64,000 nucleotides of DNA from a virus. The position numbers were made by a program, and so were the translations under genes. The stretch lies in IMG/VR virus record IMGVR_UViG_3300031452_000163; one strand, 5' to 3'. Positions within the stretch are counted from its first letter, which is position 1. Each line of letters starts with the position of its first letter. Positions 63,214 through 64,000 of this stretch are shown here, piece after piece. The notes under the pieces are model-generated. The model did no database searches and was not told the DNA's origin. It saw nothing but the letters and a program-made list of their open reading frames with translations.

Positions 63214-64000
63214 GCGACAGCATAGATATCGGTGTGTTGCGTGACTACCAGGACAGAGGGCTCTTGCAATCAGCACGGCATCCAGTTCGTGACCTCACTA
63301 TCTGGAATTACACGCAGCTATGCCAGCATGAGTGCGAGTGGGACAGTGTTACGATCGCCTGCCGTGGCTTGGTGACTGATAGCACGGGAAAAGTATGGGC
63401 ACGGCCATTCCAAAAGTTTTTCAATCTAGGCGAGCATGAGGCTTTGGGCCCGTCGATTCCTGATGAGCCGTTCGATGTGTTCGAGAAAATCGACGGGTCC
63501 CTGATTATCATCTTCATGTATAAGGGGAAATGGGTGGTTGCGTCGCGCGGATCGTTCGTATCCGGTCAAGCGGATACCGTCCGATGCATGCTCCATGCCA
63601 ATTACTACGCGGCCTTGCGTGGGCTTGATCCGTCCTACACCTACATGTTCGAGGTTATCTATCCCGGCAACCGCATTGTGGTGGATTACGGTGAGCGGCA
63701 GGAGTTGGTCTACCTCGGGATGATTGAGACTAAAACTGGGGTCGAACAATTTGGGATAGAGCCAAGAGGCTTCCCGCGTGCGCGGAAATTAGAGCACACA
63801 GGCGGATTCCGCGAGTTGCCCCAACAGCCGAATGAGGAGGGCTACGTTATCCGTTTCAAGAGTGGCCTTCGACTGAAGATTAAAAATGCCGAGTATCTGC
63901 GGCTCCATCGAATTGTCACGCAGACCTCCGAGAAGACGATTTGGGAGGCCATGCGCGATGGAGTGTCGATGGATGAGTTCCTGACCGGCGTGCCGGATGA
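63210..64000 (+). CDS. T4 Rnl1-family RNA ligase (3' truncated by the window end)
   Basis: GGAGGAGG SD, GTGA overlap; CRGLV..ARPFQKFFN, EKIDGS (motif I), ASRGSF, MFEVIYP, EGYVI, LKIK; absent from the ORF track because it is open-ended. Confidence 0.9.
   Translation, partial: MSDSIDIGVLRDYQDRGLLQSARHPVRDLTIWNYTQLCQHECEWDSVTIACRGLVTDSTGKVWARPFQKFFNLGEHEALGPSIPDEPFDVFEKIDGSLIIIFMYKGKWVVASRGSFVSGQADTVRCMLHANYYAALRGLDPSYTYMFEVIYPGNRIVVDYGERQELVYLGMIETKTGVEQFGIEPRGFPRARKLEHTGGFRELPQQPNEEGYVIRFKSGLRLKIKNAEYLRLHRIVTQTSEKTIWEAMRDGVSMDEFLTGVPD

Larger units (their letters stand above)
1..64000. mobile_element. Temperate tailed phage / prophage (siphovirus-type), most of the genome
   Basis: Packaging, head, tail, lysis, immunity, replication and integrase modules in canonical order; no host genes or boundaries seen. 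Confidence 0.95.

Noticed and set aside
1-64000. CRISPR array or further cas genes accompanying cse2
   Set aside because: No regularly spaced repeats with unique spacers and no other Cas motifs seen; the tandem repeats present are coding or lack spacers
1-64000. tRNA genes or attL/attR boundaries
   Set aside because: No cloverleaf with T-loop consensus recognised; no host genes or flanking direct repeats

Overview
The whole window reads as most of a temperate, long-tailed (siphovirus-like) phage or prophage genome, about 60% GC, with no host housekeeping genes, tRNAs or att sites that I can see. The host is unknown; holin, endolysin and no spanins suggest a monoderm. Layout: (i) a leftward late operon from about 47 kb to 1.6 kb: TerS, TerL, a catalytically dead TerL-nuclease paralogue, portal, MuF-like, scaffold, a major capsid gene split by a 254-nt group I intron, head-tail genes, a P-loop kinase, a beta-helix fibre, tube, frameshifted chaperones, a 2824-aa tape measure, tail tip, and an unusually rich lysis/envelope block (PLD, permuted NlpC/P60, papain-plus-SLT endolysin, CAP protein, mini-MscS, holin), interrupted by counter-oriented moron cassettes; (ii) a leftward accessory operon (RusA, Acb2/Tad1-like sponge, tandem sigma4-like regulator); (iii) an immunity region (XRE repressor, ImmA-type protease, DUF4352 lipoprotein, divergent RHH protein); (iv) a rightward early/replication operon (RecT/Bet-like annealase, TOPRIM primase, P4-type helicase, Xis, tyrosine integrase, T4 Rnl1-type RNA ligase running off the end). 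The standout is a self-contained rightward two-gene cassette at 51.2-52.35 kb: a palindromic operator over a TATAAT box, a 122-aa orphan ORF, and an orphan type I-E Cse2 (Cas11) fused to an HTH, with no other cas gene or array in the window. This is the architecture of an acr-aca locus built from a captured Cascade subunit. All family calls are by motif recognition from memory, not database searches.
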